Below are positions 18,792 to 28,608 of a DNA stretch of 45,584 bases, piece after piece. The DNA lies in NCBI GenBank assembly GCA_045536565.1, contig JAZSNU010000019.1, positions 1 through 45,584 on the forward strand, read 5' to 3'. A program made the position numbers and the translations under genes. Source of the DNA: Clostridia bacterium. Its GTDB lineage: Bacteria > Bacillota > Clostridia > TANB77 > CAG-465. The notes under the pieces are model-generated. The model searched no databases and was not told the origin of the DNA. It saw nothing but the letters and a program-made list of their open reading frames with translations. The first letter of the stretch is position 1. Every line of letters begins with the position of its first letter.

Positions 18792-20958
18792 TTAAATCCA
18801 CCACCAATTCAAAATCTATTTGATGAAGTTTATCATCTGCTCTTACTACTTGTACCATAACTTTTGTTCCTATATCATATACTTTATTTGTTCTTTCACC
18901 TATTAATCTCATGTTTTTCTCATCATGAATATAATAATCATCTGCTAAACTTGCAAGAGTTACTAAACCTTCAACTGTATTTTCAAGTTTTACATACATG
19001 CCAAACTTAGTTATACCTGATACCATGCCTTCATATATGTCACCTAAATGTTTTTTCATATATTTAGCTTTATATACATCATCAAATTCTCTTTCAATTT
19101 CTGTTGCATTTTTTTCTCTCTCCGTGCTTGTTATAGAATATTCTTTTGCGTCTTTATATAATTTATTAAGTATTTTATCTTCTACCATATATCCACTATT
19201 TATATATTCAGATATTACTCTATGAATAAACAAATCTGGATATCTTCTTATTGGAGAAGTAAAGTGACAGTAGTATTTAAAAGCAAGGCCAAAGTGTCCT
19301 AAACATGCTTCGTTATACTTTGCAAGTTTTAACGAACGAAGTACTAACGAAGATACTACTACCTGTTTCTTTTTATCACCTGTTTTTTCTGCTTCAGCCA
19401 CAACATCTGCAATAGCCTTAGGATGTACTTTGTTATTAATTCCCTTTATAGCCATTCCCATATTAGCTAGAACTTCATTTAACTCTTTTAATTTATCAAT
19501 GTCTGGTTCTTCATGTATTCTATAAATAAAAGGTGCCTCTAAATGATAAAATGTTTCTGCTACTACTTTGTTTGCTGCAAGCATAAATTCTTCGATTATA
19601 TTATTTGAAAATCCTACTTCGTATGGTTTAACATCTATAACTTCACCTTGTTCATCTAAAACAATCTTTGTTTCAGGTAAATCAAAGTTAATACTTCCCT
19701 CTTTTTCTCTTCTTGCTTTAAGTATCTTAGCTAGTTTTGCCATAAGTTCTATATCTTCTATATAATCCATATACTCATACAAAACTTCTCTGCTAGATCT
19801 ATCTATTACTGCTTGTACTTTTTCATATGACATTTTCTTTGTTACATTTATAACTGATTTATATATTCTGTTGTCTAATATATTTCCTTGTTTATCATAT
19901 ACAATGTCAACTGCAAGAGTTAATCTATCTTCTCCTGCATTTAAACTACATATACCATTAGATAATTCCTTTGGTAGCATTGGTATTACAAGTCCTGGCG
20001 TATATATACTTGTCCCTCTTTTTATTGCTTCTTTATCCAATTCACTATTTGGTTTTACATAATGACTTACATCAGCAATATGAACTGAAAGTACATAGTT
20101 ACCATTTTTGTCCTCTTTAACTATTACCGCATCATCTAAATCTTTTGCATCTTCTGAATCTATTGTATATATTCTATTTTTTCTAAAATCCACTCTATTT
20201 TCCGAATACTCTTCAATATTTTGATTAGAAACAAATTCTGCCTCTTTTAATACACTATCTGGAAAATTCATTGTCACATTATATCCTACAAGTATAGTAG
20301 TTCTATCTATATCTTTGTCTGTGCTTTTTCCTATTACCTCTACTATTTTTCCTTCCGCTTTCCTATTTAATGTGGGATACTTTGTTATTCTAACTAAAAC
20401 TCTATCTTCATTATCTAAACCATAGCATTTATTTGCTGGTATGTATATATCATCAATTGCAGAATTTATTGGAACAACAAAACCGAAATTATTACTTTTT
20501 TCAAATATTCCAGCTATATTTTCTTCTGCTCTTGATATTATTTTTAAGACTTTTCCTTCTTTATTTTTCCCTTCTGGTCTTTCTATTACCTTAACAAGTA
20601 CTATGTCATTATTATATGCAAACAGGTTATTTTCTCTTGAAATATATATATCTTTATCTTCTTGCATATCTTGGGTTAATTCATTTTCTATAACTCGTCC
20701 AAATCCAAAACTACGAGATTTTACTTCATACCTGCAAACGAATATATTTTCATTATCTACTTTACATATTCTTTTGCTATCATCATAGTAAATGTATCCG
20801 TCTTTTTCTATGCTACTTAGTATTTTTTTATATACTTTATATTCTTCTTTGGGTATGGCAAAAATGACCGCAATTTGTTTTGCCGTCATTTTCGTGTATT
20901 CCTTAGAATTTATATATTCTATAATTTTATTTTTTCTAATTTGATCTTCTTTTTTCAT
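18775..20958 (-). CDS. rnr: Ribonuclease R
   Basis: TIDSEDAKDLDDA, HIADVSHYV, IEEFMLAAN, HFTSPIRRYPDL, C-terminal S1 domain; follows secG. Confidence 0.97.
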   Translation of the reverse strand: MKKEDQIRKNKIIEYINSKEYTKMTAKQIAVIFAIPKEEYKVYKKILSSIEKDGYIYYDDSKRICKVDNENIFVCRYEVKSRSFGFGRVIENELTQDMQEDKDIYISRENNLFAYNNDIVLVKVIERPEGKNKEGKVLKIISRAEENIAGIFEKSNNFGFVVPINSAIDDIYIPANKCYGLDNEDRVLVRITKYPTLNRKAEGKIVEVIGKSTDKDIDRTTILVGYNVTMNFPDSVLKEAEFVSNQNIEEYSENRVDFRKNRIYTIDSEDAKDLDDAVIVKEDKNGNYVLSVHIADVSHYVKPNSELDKEAIKRGTSIYTPGLVIPMLPKELSNGICSLNAGEDRLTLAVDIVYDKQGNILDNRIYKSVINVTKKMSYEKVQAVIDRSSREVLYEYMDYIEDIELMAKLAKILKARREKEGSINFDLPETKIVLDEQGEVIDVKPYEVGFSNNIIEEFMLAANKVVAETFYHLEAPFIYRIHEEPDIDKLKELNEVLANMGMAIKGINNKVHPKAIADVVAEAEKTGDKKKQVVVSSLVLRSLKLAKYNEACLGHFGLAFKYYCHFTSPIRRYPDLFIHRVISEYINSGYMVEDKILNKLYKDAKEYSITSTEREKNATEIEREFDDVYKAKYMKKHLGDIYEGMVSGITKFGMYVKLENTVEGLVTLASLADDYYIHDEKNMRLIGERTNKVYDIGTKVMVQVVRADDKLHQIDFELVVDLNGENK

Positions 20959-20977
20959 TGGTTACTCCTAATATGTA

Positions 20978-21217
20978 TTATTGCTTAGTTATTGCAATAG
21001 TAGTAAGGAAACATAAGATTATAAATACTATACTAAATACTACTGTAAGTTTAGATAGTAATCCGTCTAATGTTTTACCTTTATTTGAACCATAAAAAGT
21101 GTTACCACCTGTAACTGCTGATTGACCATCCTTAGATGATTGCATCATTACGATTATTGTTATAATTACACCTACTAGTAATGTAAGTCCAACTAATGTC
21201 CATGCTATCCATCCCAT
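20978..21217 (-). CDS. secG: Preprotein translocase subunit SecG
   Basis: Two TM helices, MQSSKDG...GG, secG-rnr synteny. Confidence 0.9.
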   Translation of the reverse strand: MGWIAWTLVGLTLLVGVIITIIVMMQSSKDGQSAVTGGNTFYGSNKGKTLDGLLSKLTVVFSIVFIILCFLTTIAITKQ

Positions 21218-21297
21218 AATTAAATACCTCCATTTGTCTTTTTTTCTTCATGTATTATACCATACAACAAATAATATTACAACTATTAAAACATAAA

Positions 21298-21330
21298 AAA
21301 TGATAGCATGTATTAAACATACTATCATTT
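21298..21330 (-). terminator. Terminator
   Basis: AAATGATAG/CTATCATTT stem, U-run on the minus strand. Confidence 0.6.
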
Positions 21331-21389
21331 AAATCAAACCTAATATTACGACTATAAGTAGTACCTTATGTGTCAAAGTAAAATATTTT

Positions 21390-22204
21390 TTAATTTAACT
21401 CTAAATACTTTTTAAAGATCTGCAAAAGTTCAATTGCATGTTCTCCAAGAGCCATTGGGGAGTCTGATTTTTCTTGATTATAAAAAGTAGCAAATTTTTC
21501 TGGTAGTTTAGTGCTCTGATCAATACTTTTATATACAAGTGTCAAACTTCTTGCAACAGCGCTTGTATTTACAATAAGCTTCTTAGCAATTTCGCCAAAT
21601 ACAGCATCTCTTGTTTCTAGTGTCAACTCTATTTTGTTTCCTAAAATATATTTTACACATTGATATCCTAATTTTTTTTGTTAATACAATAAAACTGGTC
21701 TAAAAACTTCTCGACATCACTAGGCGTTATTTCCTTTTTACATAAACTTTCATAATTTTCGTATATATACATCTGACATACTTTAACAAACTCTAATGAA
21801 TGTTTATAGTCCCAATGCACACTGCACTCATATTTATCAAAGAATGGTTCATAACACTCAGGTATGTTAGTTATACAAATTGCATAGACACCCATTATTG
21901 CTTTTGACACTCTGTCCGAACTAACATCAAATTTATTACCAATTACATCATATATGCTTTCTATATCTTTTGTAAGTCCAAGTTGATTCTCTAAAATATA
22001 TTTTAGATACTTAACACCTTTTTCGTCCATATCAAGCCGTGGAAACTTTTTAAGAAATGCTTCTACAACTTTGGGTGTTACATTTACATATTTAAACACC
22101 TCTTTGTTATTTACAACTACACTTTCTTCTACCTCAATTACTTTTGCTCCTTTCTCCTTTGCTATTTTAATTAGCTTTTCGTTATTTGTTATGATACAAT
22201 GCAT
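21390..22204 (-). pseudogene. Tandem Spo0A C-terminal-like domain protein, split by a frameshift in an A8 tract (21672-21679)
   Basis: ORFs 21668-22204 and 21390-21626 join into about 271 aa if A8 is read as A9. Two internal repeats (KGVKYLKYIL..IYDVIGNKF..SDRVSKAI; LGYQCVKYIL..VFGEIAKKL..SAVARSL) resemble Spo0A KGYQYL..LYPxIAKK..SRVERAI. Confidence 0.6.
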
Positions 22205-22317
22205 AACTTTTTTTCCTCCTTATATATTAATATTCTAATACAAATTTAAATTGCGCATATATTATATCATATATATTTATATTTTTCAGCCTTATGTAAA
22301 CTTCGCGAAAAACAAAC

Positions 22318-22340
22318 AAAGTAGCATATACTGCTACCTT
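22318..22340 (-). terminator. Terminator downstream of the DUF3800-linked RNA
   Basis: Minus-strand GGTAGCA-GTATA-TGCTACT followed by TTGTTTGTTTTT. Confidence 0.55.
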
Positions 22341-22361
22341 ATACTTTTCATATTTATTATA

Positions 22362-22430
22362 ATAAAAATGCCTAGGAGGCAGCGTACTTAACATACGCTT
22401 AGCATTTAGCTACCTTACCTAGGTCTTACT
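22362..22430 (-). ncRNA. Structured small RNA next to the DUF3800 gene (DUF3800-motif-like)
   Basis: CCUAGG/CCUAGG closing stem, AGGU/GCCU, hairpins AGC/GCU and AGCGUA/UACGCU, 3' U-run; own promoter. Confidence 0.7.
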
Positions 22431-22436
22431 ATAAAT

Positions 22437-22465
22437 ATTTTACCACACAAAAAAATGCATGTCAA
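22437..22465 (-). promoter_or_regulatory. Sigma-A promoter of the small RNA
   Basis: TTGACA-17-TAAAAT with extended -10 TG; the structured RNA starts immediately downstream. Confidence 0.75.
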
Positions 22466-22494
22466 ATATTTCACTAATATTCTATGTATAAATT

Positions 22495-23167
22495 TTATTT
22501 TTTATTCCTAATATTCTTTGGAAATAAACTCACTCTAAAATTTTTGGGTTTCAATTCTTTTATTATATTTGCAACCAAACTAATATTTTTGTAGTAATTG
22601 TAAAATGTGTTAACCGTTAGATCTGCTAATTGAATTCCATAATTAGTTTTTGAATCATAATATGTAATTTTAAAGTCATCATCATATATGCAAAATTCCG
22701 TCTTTAAATAAGTTTCTAAATTATTTAATTCTCCTACCCTTATATTTCTGTTATCTATACTAATAATAAATTCAATTGGTTCATAATTTTCTTGTAAATT
22801 GAGTTCTGGTAATATGCAATCTTGAATTAGAATTTTTACTGCATAATTAAAAAATATATTTGAATCAACTATTTCTTTTTTCATATATTTTTTATCAAAT
22901 ACCTTAACACAACCATGAAAAGTTTCAATATCTTGAATTTTGTTAAATATTCTTATCTTTTCTTCTTCTGTCATATTATATGATTTTATTTCAGTATCTA
23001 AATCTATATTTTTTTCTTTCTTCAATTTATGATTTTCTCTTTTATATTTTGCTTTTATTTTAATCCTGTCTTCTTCGGAAGAAAAATACCCACCAACAGC
23101 AAAATATCTTGTTTTACTATTTTTGTGAATAGAACCGACTTTCATCTAAGTATACATATATTTTCAT
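22495..23167 (-). CDS. DUF3800-family protein, +1 frameshifted after codon 10
   Basis: ATG 23167 (SD GAGGGG) reads MKIYVYLDES. One extra base at 23137 precedes GSIHKNSKTRYFAVGG; C-terminal DSKTNYGIQLAD. The DE and QxxD motifs typify DUF3800. Confidence 0.8.
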
Positions 23168-23257
23168 TTACAGTATCGTCCCCTCTTTTGCTTATTTTTC
23201 TAAATCATCTTATATTATTCAAATTGTTTTTTATTCTTAACTTATACTATATCACCG

Positions 23258-24085
23258 CTAAATCAATTCAATAATACTAGCCTGAACTCCATATGCTGGT
23301 TCATTTAACTCAGTTTTCTTTCTATAAGAGAAAAATGTATCCACATTACAGCAAGTACATATATTTTCATTAATTATATTTTCTTCTTTTATACCAGCTT
23401 TAATTAAATCCTTTGTAATAGCATAGGGAAAGTCCACATGAGTCCATCCCTCTGTATCTGTATAAACAAATTCTTCTATTGGCGTGTCCTCCCAATATTT
23501 TTGAAAGCCATATGCTAAGTTAGTATCTTTTGTTTTCCAACAACATTCTTGAATTGTAGGGCTGTATACACAAATAACATCATCTGGTTTTGTATTAAAC
23601 TCTTTTTCCATTGTATTTAATACGTTTAGATATATTTTTTGTATTGTTCCTTTCCACCCACTATGTATATTTGCTATAACATTATTTTTTGTATCATACA
23701 TAACAATTGCATTACAATCTGCTATTGTTATAACAAGAGGAATATTCTTTACATTTGTAATCATAGCATCGTATATTTTATTATGATGTTTAGAAAACAA
23801 AAATTCATCTTTATTTTCTTCTGTTATGACTACAACCTTATCTGTATGGTCTTCAAAAACACATACAGCATTTTCTCTTGTAAAACCCAATTTATCACAT
23901 GCAATATCTAAGTTTTTCTCAGAATTTTCTCTATCCTCTATATTTTTAAAAGATATATTCAAGGATTCATATGGATATTTACTTACGCCACCTAATCTAG
24001 TAGTAACAAAATATTTTACTTTATCTTTGTAATTATCCATTTTTTCTGATTTATATACTTTAAAACCATTTTCTAATGTTATCAT
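23258..24085 (-). CDS. pgeF: Peptidoglycan editing factor / YfiH-family purine nucleoside phosphorylase
   Basis: TTRLGGVS..YESLN, ADC, IHSGWKG, CTCC...FFSYR. Confidence 0.9.
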   Translation of the reverse strand: MITLENGFKVYKSEKMDNYKDKVKYFVTTRLGGVSKYPYESLNISFKNIEDRENSEKNLDIACDKLGFTRENAVCVFEDHTDKVVVITEENKDEFLFSKHHNKIYDAMITNVKNIPLVITIADCNAIVMYDTKNNVIANIHSGWKGTIQKIYLNVLNTMEKEFNTKPDDVICVYSPTIQECCWKTKDTNLAYGFQKYWEDTPIEEFVYTDTEGWTHVDFPYAITKDLIKAGIKEENIINENICTCCNVDTFFSYRKKTELNEPAYGVQASIIELI

Positions 24086-24101
24086 TAATACTTTCCTATC
24101 C

Positions 24102-25157
24102 TTATCTTTTTAACAATTTCTTTATCTTCTTTATAGTTTTTTGACCAAATGGAACTAGTTTAGTAAAAGTGAAATACCAAAATTTATTATACACTTTGTC
24201 TATTTCACCAATATATTCAGTAACTCCTTCTTGTCTACAAAAGCCTTCTTTAAATTTGAATAATCCGTTTGATTTATCAAGTATAAATACTCCTCCAAAA
24301 TCATACAAATTACAATTTGTTTCAATTGCCCATTTAATCATTTCTTGTTGCATTAAATAATTTGGCATAAGATTTCTTTTTTCGTTTGAACTTGCTCCAT
24401 ATAAATAGAAGACTTTCTTACCATAGTTTATAGCGATTGCAGCAGATAAAGCTTCACCCTCAAATTCAGCAATATATATTCTAAGTTTATTTTCATCAAA
24501 CGCTTTAAGCATTCTCTCAAAATATTCAAAAGGTCTAGAAACAATTTTATCTCTTATACCTGTTATTTCATATAACTTATGGAATATTTTTAAATCTTCT
24601 ATATCCCTTGAATATCTAACCTTAACACCTTTTCTTGTCGATAAACGAATATTATATCTTGTTTTTTCGCTATAGCCTTTAAATATTTCTTCTTCTGTTT
24701 TATCTTTAATATTAAGTACCATGTTATATCTAGGTTGTATTAAATCATCCTTCGTAGCCTTCTTATTTCTAACCTTAAATCCTTCTTTTATATACATTTC
24801 TTGCAATTCTTTGGCATAATCCACCTCAGGATCAATTCTAAACAAAAAGGCGTTATATTTTTTAGCAATTTCATCTATGTCTTTTAAAAGTAGTTTTATT
24901 TTTTGAATATCATATACATCTCCAACTGGTCCCCTAGGTGAATATATCATAGTTTTTGAACCTATAATTTTTCTAATAAGCAGTGACATAGCCATAACTA
25001 TTTTTCCGTCTTCTTCAAGATATACATACTCACTATCCCAACCTTTTTTTACCTCAGCCCAACTCATAGACTGACATAAACTTGCTGATGTATAATTATC
25101 CACAAATTCTTTATATTTTTTTACTTCCTCTATATTTTGTTTATTTAAAATTGCCAT
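24102..25157 (-). CDS. FemAB/FemX-family peptidoglycan aminoacyl transferase
   Basis: QSMSWAEVK, YSPRGP, KTRYNIR, YLYGASSN, YDFGG, FKFKEGF. Confidence 0.9.
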   Translation of the reverse strand: MAILNKQNIEEVKKYKEFVDNYTSASLCQSMSWAEVKKGWDSEYVYLEEDGKIVMAMSLLIRKIIGSKTMIYSPRGPVGDVYDIQKIKLLLKDIDEIAKKYNAFLFRIDPEVDYAKELQEMYIKEGFKVRNKKATKDDLIQPRYNMVLNIKDKTEEEIFKGYSEKTRYNIRLSTRKGVKVRYSRDIEDLKIFHKLYEITGIRDKIVSRPFEYFERMLKAFDENKLRIYIAEFEGEALSAAIAINYGKKVFYLYGASSNEKRNLMPNYLMQQEMIKWAIETNCNLYDFGGVFILDKSNGLFKFKEGFCRQEGVTEYIGEIDKVYNKFWYFTFTKLVPFGQKTIKKIKKLLKR

Positions 25158-25172
25158 ATATCTCTTCCTTTA

Positions 25173-26564
25173 CTAGTTTATTTTTTCTAATTTTTGTCCC
25201 TCTTTTGAATCAATAACTGCATATCCCATTTCTTTTAATTTATCTCTAATTTCATCAGAAGTACCATAATCTTTATTAAGTCTTGCTTGTTTTCTTTTTT
25301 CAAGCAACTCTTCTATTTCACTAGAAATTTCTAAATTTGCTTTTTTCTCTTCTTTTTTATCTATATCTAGAGATAAAATTTTATCAAATTCTAATAATAA
25401 ATTTGCTATTTTAGGAGATTTAACAGATAATTTTGCTACATCCCATACTACTGCAAGAGCCGCTGGGAAATTCAAATCATCATTGATACTCTCCATAAAC
25501 TTTTGAACATAACTACTAATTTCTACTTCGTTTATATCATCTTTTCCATTTAAATGAGTAGTATATGCATCTTTTAATCTATCTAATGCTTTTTGGCTAG
25601 CATCTAATCCATCCCATGTGAAATTTAGTTTATTTCTATAATGTGCTGTATAAGTAAAATATCTATACGCAAGTGGTGAATATCCTTTTTCTTCTATATC
25701 TGCAATAGTATAGTTATTCTTTAAACTCTTAGACATTTTACCGCCGTCTACTTGAAGAAATTCAATATGCATCCAGTAATTAGCTGGATTTTTACCAGTA
25801 ACTCCCTTAGACTGTGCTATTTCATTTTCGTGGTGAATTGGAACATGGTCTACACCACCTGTATGAATATCAAATTTATCTCCTAAATATTTGTTACCCA
25901 TTGCCGAACATTCAATGTGCCAACCTGGATAGCACATACCCCAAAGGCTTTCCCACTTCATTATATGGTTTTCAGGAGCTTTTATCCAAAGTGCAAAGTC
26001 TAGTGGATTTCTTTTTTCATTATCTACTTCAACCCTTGCTCCTGCTTTATTTTCTTTAATATTAGCTCTTGATAACTCTCCATAACTAGGAAGTTTTGAT
26101 GTATCAAAATATATACCTTTTGATGTTTCATAACCATAGCCATTTTCAACTATTTTTTTTACAAACTCTTCCATTTCTTTTATATGCTCGGTTGCTTTAC
26201 ATATAATTTCTGGTCTTTCAATATTTAATTTTTCTATATCTTGTAAAAATATATTAGTGTATTTTTCTGCAATTTCCCAAGGTGACATTTTTTGTTCCCT
26301 TGCTGCTTTGTTCATTTTATCTTCGCCTTCATCAGCATCAGATGTCATATGTCCAACATCAGTTATATTCATAGCATGTTTTAATGAATATCCATTTAAT
26401 TTTAAAACTTTTCTTAAATTATCCATAAATATATATGCTCTCATATTACCAATGTGTGCATATGAATATACAGTTGGTCCGCAACTATATATTCTAACTT
26501 CTTTATCATCTATTGGTTTAAATTCTTCTTTTTCTCTTGTAAGAGTGTTATATATTTTTAACAT
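25173..26564 (-). CDS. cysS: Cysteine--tRNA ligase
   Basis: CGPTVY..AHIGN, PGWHIECSAM, HHENE, KMSKS. Confidence 0.98.
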   Translation of the reverse strand: MLKIYNTLTREKEEFKPIDDKEVRIYSCGPTVYSYAHIGNMRAYIFMDNLRKVLKLNGYSLKHAMNITDVGHMTSDADEGEDKMNKAAREQKMSPWEIAEKYTNIFLQDIEKLNIERPEIICKATEHIKEMEEFVKKIVENGYGYETSKGIYFDTSKLPSYGELSRANIKENKAGARVEVDNEKRNPLDFALWIKAPENHIMKWESLWGMCYPGWHIECSAMGNKYLGDKFDIHTGGVDHVPIHHENEIAQSKGVTGKNPANYWMHIEFLQVDGGKMSKSLKNNYTIADIEEKGYSPLAYRYFTYTAHYRNKLNFTWDGLDASQKALDRLKDAYTTHLNGKDDINEVEISSYVQKFMESINDDLNFPAALAVVWDVAKLSVKSPKIANLLLEFDKILSLDIDKKEEKKANLEISSEIEELLEKRKQARLNKDYGTSDEIRDKLKEMGYAVIDSKEGQKLEKIN

Positions 26565-26632
26565 CTTATCACCTTTCTTTATATATTTTGTATTTGCTGG
26601 TAATTATTTTTACCAGCAAATCAAATTTTCAG

Positions 26633-28582
26633 TTAATTTGAGTTTTCACTATCTGATGTAGTATCAGAAGTTTGATTGTTTGTATTTGAATCTGCTGATG
26701 AATCACCCGTGTTTGCATTATTATCAGTATTTGTTCCGGTATTTGTTCCGGTATTTGTTCCAGGAGTATCACTGCCTGAATTTCCAGAACCAGTATTTGT
26801 ATTATCTTCTGGTTTTTGCTGAGTGCCAGGTGTTGTATTTTGTGTATTATCACCTGTTTCTTTATCCTGTTCTTTATTGTCTGTTTCTGTATCTTTATCT
26901 TGCTCTTTATCTACATTTGTATCGTCCTTGTCATCATTATCATCTACCGTTTCACCTGGCAATTCTTCATCTTTTGGCTCTTCAACTACATCTTGTGGTT
27001 TCTCTTCTTCAACAACAGGAATTTCAAAAGTTCTTAATGTTATTACATTACCTGTAACTGAATCATAAGCTCCCTCTAATGCACCACCAGAAATAATTGT
27101 TTGTATTTTACTCATTGCATCGTTTATTGAATTTCTGCTTGGAAGCATCACATAAAGTGGTGTACTTCCTGAACTATATGCATAAGCTTTTGCATCTGAA
27201 CCTGTTAAACTTACAGTAGAAATATTCCATGTAGGCATTTTTGATATTTGTAATTTTACAAGTTCCATCATTTTATCAGTACTCATATTTGTTTGGAATT
27301 TATCTGATAATGATTTTAGTAGAGAATCAAATTTAGTAATAATTGATGGTTTTGAAACCTGCTCAACTAGTGCAGATAAAACTGCTTGTTGGTTTTTACC
27401 ACGCATCCTATCTCCATCTCTAAATGCTTTTCTCTCTCTTGCAAATGCTAGTGCCTGTGCACCATTTAATTTATTCATACCTTTAACATAACTATATTGA
27501 CCCATATATTCTGTAAAATTATGTTCTGAATACACCTCTACACCACCAACTGCATCAACTATTGCTTCTAATGATGTAAAGTTTACTTTAAAGTAGTAGT
27601 TAATATCTATGTCTAGCAAATCTTCTATTGTAGTTACAGATCTTTCTACACCATACATCCCTGCATGAGTTAATTTATCCCTTTTACCAGAAGTTCCATG
27701 TAGTTGTACATAATAGTCTCTTGGGATATTTACTAAAAGTACTTGATATGTCTTTGGATTTATTACTGCAACCATATTAACATCACTTCTTGATACTGAT
27801 GCTATTTGACCATATGTATCTATTCCACTTATATATACAATAAATGGCTCAGATGCTACCGCAGCATCTTTTGCAATTGTTTCAACTGTTATATCAACAG
27901 CTAGTGTATAAATTACTTTTGTTTTATCCGCAAATCCTTCTAATTCTTCGTCCAACATTAATTTTTGAGATTCTTCAAGAAGTATAGCATCCACCTCATT
28001 ATTTAATAATGTGTTTGCAACAACATAAACATCTTCATTACTTACTGCGCTAACATTAACAAGTTCTTTTAACTCTTCGATCGCGTGTTCAGAGTTATCA
28101 AGTTCATTACTATAATATTCAACAACTTTTCCATCTAAATCTTTAATTTTACTATATTTGCTATCTTTTAGAACTATAACAGAATAATTTTCTTTCTTTG
28201 TATCAGTTCCTTCTGTCATTTTATTCATAAAACTATATGTTTTAAGAACATATATCATTATAACGGACTGAGCAATTATTAATATTCCTTGAATAATATT
28301 TATAACTGTTCTTGTTTTTTTGCCTTTTCTATTTTTAATTAGTATAAATCCTAATATGCCATTTATAACAAGCAAGGCAAGTATTAAAGCAATGTTATAC
28401 TTAAATGGTAACATATCTACTACTATCATTGTAATAACAAGAGCAGCGGAAACTGCTATTGTTATTAATGATATTATTAAACTAACTAATTTTCTTTTAT
28501 CTAATTTTGTTTTTTTATTTTCCTTAATATTAATATTTTCTTTTTCATTTGTATTTAAATTTCTTCTTCCCAAATTAACCAC
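26633..28582 (-). CDS. LCP (LytR-CpsA-Psr) family protein with N-terminal TM helices, an accessory domain and a low-complexity tail
   Basis: ISGIDT, RSDVNM, IPRDYYV, DKLTHAG, ALAFARER, GDRMRGKNQQ. Confidence 0.92.
   Translation of the reverse strand: MVNLGRRNLNTNEKENINIKENKKTKLDKRKLVSLIISLITIAVSAALVITMIVVDMLPFKYNIALILALLVINGILGFILIKNRKGKKTRTVINIIQGILIIAQSVIMIYVLKTYSFMNKMTEGTDTKKENYSVIVLKDSKYSKIKDLDGKVVEYYSNELDNSEHAIEELKELVNVSAVSNEDVYVVANTLLNNEVDAILLEESQKLMLDEELEGFADKTKVIYTLAVDITVETIAKDAAVASEPFIVYISGIDTYGQIASVSRSDVNMVAVINPKTYQVLLVNIPRDYYVQLHGTSGKRDKLTHAGMYGVERSVTTIEDLLDIDINYYFKVNFTSLEAIVDAVGGVEVYSEHNFTEYMGQYSYVKGMNKLNGAQALAFARERKAFRDGDRMRGKNQQAVLSALVEQVSKPSIITKFDSLLKSLSDKFQTNMSTDKMMELVKLQISKMPTWNISTVSLTGSDAKAYAYSSGSTPLYVMLPSRNSINDAMSKIQTIISGGALEGAYDSVTGNVITLRTFEIPVVEEEKPQDVVEEPKDEELPGETVDDNDDKDDTNVDKEQDKDTETDNKEQDKETGDNTQNTTPGTQQKPEDNTNTGSGNSGSDTPGTNTGTNTGTNTDNNANTGDSSADSNTNNQTSDTTSDSENSN
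26727..26762. repeat. 12-bp tandem repeat x3 encoding GTNT in the LCP tail
   Basis: GTATTTGTTCCG, GTATTTGTTCCG, GTATTTGTTCCA. Confidence 0.85.
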
Positions 28583-28608
28583 CTTTTCAAAATATATTTA
28601 AATTTTTA

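Noticed and set aside
22495-23145. ORF-track start MKVGSIHK for the DUF3800 gene
   Set aside because: No SD, and it omits the conserved YLDES motif encoded in another frame from ATG 23167.
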